From the NCBI RefSeq assembly GCF_902652985.1, contig NC_047025.1, positions 12,338,001 to 12,402,000 of the forward strand: DNA of 64,000 nucleotides, given 5' to 3'. The position numbers and the translations under genes were made by a program. Below the pieces are notes generated by a model, which saw nothing but the letters and a program-made list of their open reading frames with translations, was not told the origin of the DNA and made no database searches. Shown piece after piece: positions 60,601 to 64,000 of this stretch. Position 1 is the stretch's first letter. Every line of letters starts with the position of its first letter. The stretch comes from Pecten maximus (Eukaryota).

Positions 60601-63600
60601 TTGGCCAGGTGAATCATTAGGCGGTCGGGTGGCACAGTTGTAACACACTTGCCATTCACCCAGGCCGGGGTTCGATTCCCCGATCGAACGTGAAAAGTTT
60701 TAGGTGACCTGCACGGAAATGAGAGGGAAATTCTAATTACTAACATACAAAACAATATTTACCTATCAGTGTTAAATTGTATAATTCTATAGTGAATTTC
60801 CCGTAGTCATGTTTACATCGGGACACTTTAGTAAGCCCATAAGACTGTATCATACGATATTATCCCACTGAATTTGTCTTTGGACTGTGTAGTCTTCCAT
60901 CCTCTGTGACTGTTTGGTATAGACGAGTATTTCCTCGGGTTGAAAATTGCATAACAGTCTTCTTTATAAATGCTCCGTTTGTCATGATTTTATTTTATTT
61001 TCTCAAAGCAAATTAATATTGGCATTAGCTAACTCTCTTTATATTAACTTCCAGTATGTATCATTATGTATAGGTATGTGGGGCTGTGACCGATCTGATC
61101 AACACAAACGGAGAAAATGCTTTGTCAAAATTACCAGGTAAGTTCATTGACATTTTAACGAGGCTGTCTCTCTTTATTTCTCTGGTGATTCTGAGAAAAA
61201 AGTCTTTCTACATGGACCACCATTTATGATATGAAATATGCAACCTGCACTATATAATGAGTCAGAGATAACAAGCTGTAACCAGTATTCCTCATGTGTC
61301 ATATTATTTTGTTTAGTCAGCTTGAAGATAAATGTTATGCTAAGGTCCTTGATGCTGGCGTTCAGTTTCAAAATTTAGGTTTTAAATAACATAATCAACC
61401 ATTCAGTTACGTGACTCGGATTTCAATGCAATTTAATTATTATCTATTAAAACAAGTTACTAAATCTAGGCATCATATTAATGATTTTTTTTTTTTTTAT
61501 GTTAAAACTATCAAATAAAATACGAACTTTATGAGATAGTGATGTTACTTCAATAGTTTCATTTTGTGACGTCATGATTGCCTGTGGATGGAATTATGCA
61601 TGTTAGATTATTGTCTGTTAATATGATTCTTCTGGAGGAGAAGTTGTTATGAGAGAAAATAGTTATATACTATTTATTTGTACATCTTTTAAATGAAGTT
61701 ATTAAGATGTGACATAATAACATTTTATACTAATGATATAATATTTACCTAGTGAAGTATGATAAATAGTATCTCCGGATTTCTTTTTTTTAACAGTTAC
61801 TGTTGATATTGTGAATACATTTCTGCTGGACTACAGTATGGATGAACAGCCAATGTTTCAGAAGAATTTCATGGAATCATACCATAAGGTAATGAAAATG
61901 TTATCCCAAGGCTACGATTTCATTGTGTAGATAAATATGAAGTGGTATACAGAATATGTAAAAATCGAAACTTGAAATGATTGCAAACTGTTGTAATTTT
62001 TGGATTGGTATAGCACGTAATAATCGTGATTACTTATTATGTCATAACGGTTTTGGTGATGACTACCACTATTTATTTCAATGTAATAATGCTTTACTGA
62101 CAGAGTTAAGGCACAAATACATTCCCAATTATTACTATAAAATTCTAAGTTTAACTAAAATGGGAGGCATGTTTGAACTTTTTAGCGAATCATTATTATC
62201 TAGAGTGAGTAATTTCCTCAAAAATGTAGAAAAACTTTGTATTTCTTTTTATTGCTTATAAATACTTTAGTACAATGTTTATACATTCTCGTATTTTCAC
62301 GTTATTACCCTGTAAACTAAGTACATTGTTTTGTCATATTGACCTCTTTTTACAAACTTTGTGTGTCCTGAGTGAATAAAACATCTTGAATCTTGAATCT
62401 TAACTTTTATGATGAAAACAGTTTATTACATTAAATACAAATTGTTTATTTAGGGCGAGATCGACTGGAAATCTTCGCCTGCCCCGCCCCCATTCACGGC
62501 CCCGCCCCTCCCTCCACGGAACGACACCAGCCGGATGATGTATGTTTGGGTGTCAGACTTCATGTTAAACAGTATGCTCTATCAAGGCCAGCTGCACAAA
62601 TTCTTTGCATATAACCTCACAGCACAGGACGTGAGTTTTTTACCCAGAAAAACCGTTTATAATGAAAATGCTAAAAAAAGATGAACGATCCCAACCTTCT
62701 CTTAGTATTGTCATTATAAAAGATCAATATAGTCAAAGAGATATGTGTTAAAGGGATATATATTTTGTTCCGTGTATCACAGAACATAACTCCATCTAAT
62801 AGGATACATTATTTGTTTGTGTATAATGAAAGAATGACGATTTAGAAATATATATTTTCTCTTGATTTGTTTTTCTTTTTTTTTCACTATTTTCTATCCC
62901 TTAGGGATTTGCTTCAAAAAGAATATTGAAGAGTATAGTGAAAACAGATGGTAATACAGGGAGTAACATTCCAATAGGCAGTCTTCAAAACACTTTTACA
63001 GTCATACAGCTTTTATAGTATTTATTCTTCAACGTGGATATAACCAAAACGAATTAGCTGTGTATTACTTATGCGATTATAAAACATAAGTAGTGTTGAT
63101 ATGTTTCTATTGTGTTTCATCATCTAATTATATTTGCAGCTTCCTCTTGCCAACCGTTCGGCTTTAAATACGACGTGTCACACACTCTTGTGTATTGGCA
63201 ACCTAATACCACAGGTTCGTGTTCAATTGTTATTCCAATATCATGAACGTGTTAAAGATATAATGAAAATATGTGTTTAACAAAGTTGAAATTGCATGGT
63301 GACATATATTCTATATATATATAATTTATATGCCGGCCCTGGCAAGTTCATATTGCCGAATCTCAGTTGAAAGGGGATTGGATGACTTTATCTTTGAAAG
63401 CTAAAGATTATCTATTACACAGACAGACATATTGGCTGACGGACGGATAAAGAAGAAAACTATAACCTTTTACCAGGAAGGGATTGAAGTCATCTCTACT
63501 GTCATCCTTATTCATTTAACATTACTGGTTTACATTGAATTATATTATATGCATCACGACACAGAATTTCATTTATTGTACAGTTGCAGAAGAGTTATCC

Positions 63601-63793
63601 GAACTGCCAGGTTGATCTTCACATGCGCAGTGCGTCTGTTCCAAGTGTTGCTGCTACTCCAACGGATGTTCTTGGTAGCGCCAGCGGTATCATTGACTTT
63701 TATGCGCGTCCTGTGACGGGAAACAACCGTGGAAATAGATTATTTAGATACTCTATCAGAAATACACCAGCCTACCTCTTCACGCTCAATGTA
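57616..63793 (+). CDS. LBP/BPI family protein 2, exons 1-10 (3' part lies beyond the window)
   Basis: Exons 57616-57730, 59264-59363, 59708-59827, 60063-60133, 60454-60608, 61074-61137, 61797-61888, 62454-62630, 63140-63214, 63584-63793. Same phases as paralog 1. Motifs SPGFKTRITSEGLTY, FHGGASWLYNLF and HKGEIDW. Confidence 0.9.
60619..60715 (+). mobile_element. 3'-truncated SINE head of the 48944 family
   Basis: GGTCGGGTGGCACAGTTGTAACACACTTGCC..GGGGTTCGATTCCCCGATCG matches 48948-49015. Confidence 0.75.
61930..62401 (+). mobile_element. 3' end of an L2/CR1-group LINE
   Basis: LC..GFGDDYHYLFQC..LRHKYIP (ORF2 C-terminal motif), followed by AATAAA and a (TCTTGAA)n tail. Confidence 0.72.
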
Positions 63794-63867
63794 GTAAGTA
63801 CTCATATCTTAAGCCAATTAAACCAAACTGGAATGTTTGAACGCGTTGTCTATGCCTTTTACTTCTG

Positions 63868-64000
63868 TGTTTGTTTGTTGGATGAACAGCCAAGGTCTTT
63901 TGAGATAGGTTCAATTGTAGTAGTTTGTGATTACCTCATTGAACAACATTTGGGAGGCCCGTCGCATGCCATCAAGTGTAATAAGGGTGAAATGTCATGC
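63868..64000 (-). mobile_element. Degenerate 3' part of the CORE-type SINE family seen at 15277
   Basis: The reverse complement resembles 15440-15569 (GATGGCATG.GA.GGGCCTCC..AATGTTGTT..TGAGG.A.TCAC.AACTACTACAA). Confidence 0.65.

Noticed and set aside
33318-63793. MCT sitting between two LBP/BPI genes as a functional immune operon
   Set aside because: Adjacency alone is not evidence of co-function in an animal genome, and no shared regulatory signal was identifiable.

Overview
AT-rich, intron-rich animal genomic DNA. It is most likely a bivalve mollusc (inference from the coiled-coil C1qDC genes and the CORE/V/Meta-type SINEs and HINE-like repeats). The six-frame ORF track is mostly noise, so genes were rebuilt by hand from GT-AG exons. 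Gene content: (1) two 9-exon DHRS4-like short-chain reductases arranged head-to-head (653-7535 minus; 8345-17343 plus); (2) two intact secreted coiled-coil C1q-domain genes and a third, transposon-disrupted pseudogene (18.8-32.2 kb); (3) a complete 15-exon LBP/BPI gene (33318-44880); (4) an SLC16/MCT transporter (48543-55226); (5) a second LBP/BPI gene that runs off the window end. The most notable non-genic signals are: an intronic array of 49-bp monomers, each essentially one minimal hammerhead ribozyme in the sense orientation of the host gene (3636-4146); a tandem miniature LTR element whose short LTRs carry a tRNA-Thr-like Pol III promoter and which shares one 4-bp TSD with a different, long LTR (27520-28516); and Crypton-like (tyrosine recombinase) elements with foldback elements stacked at their right ends. 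All coordinates were read by eye and no database search or folding program was run.
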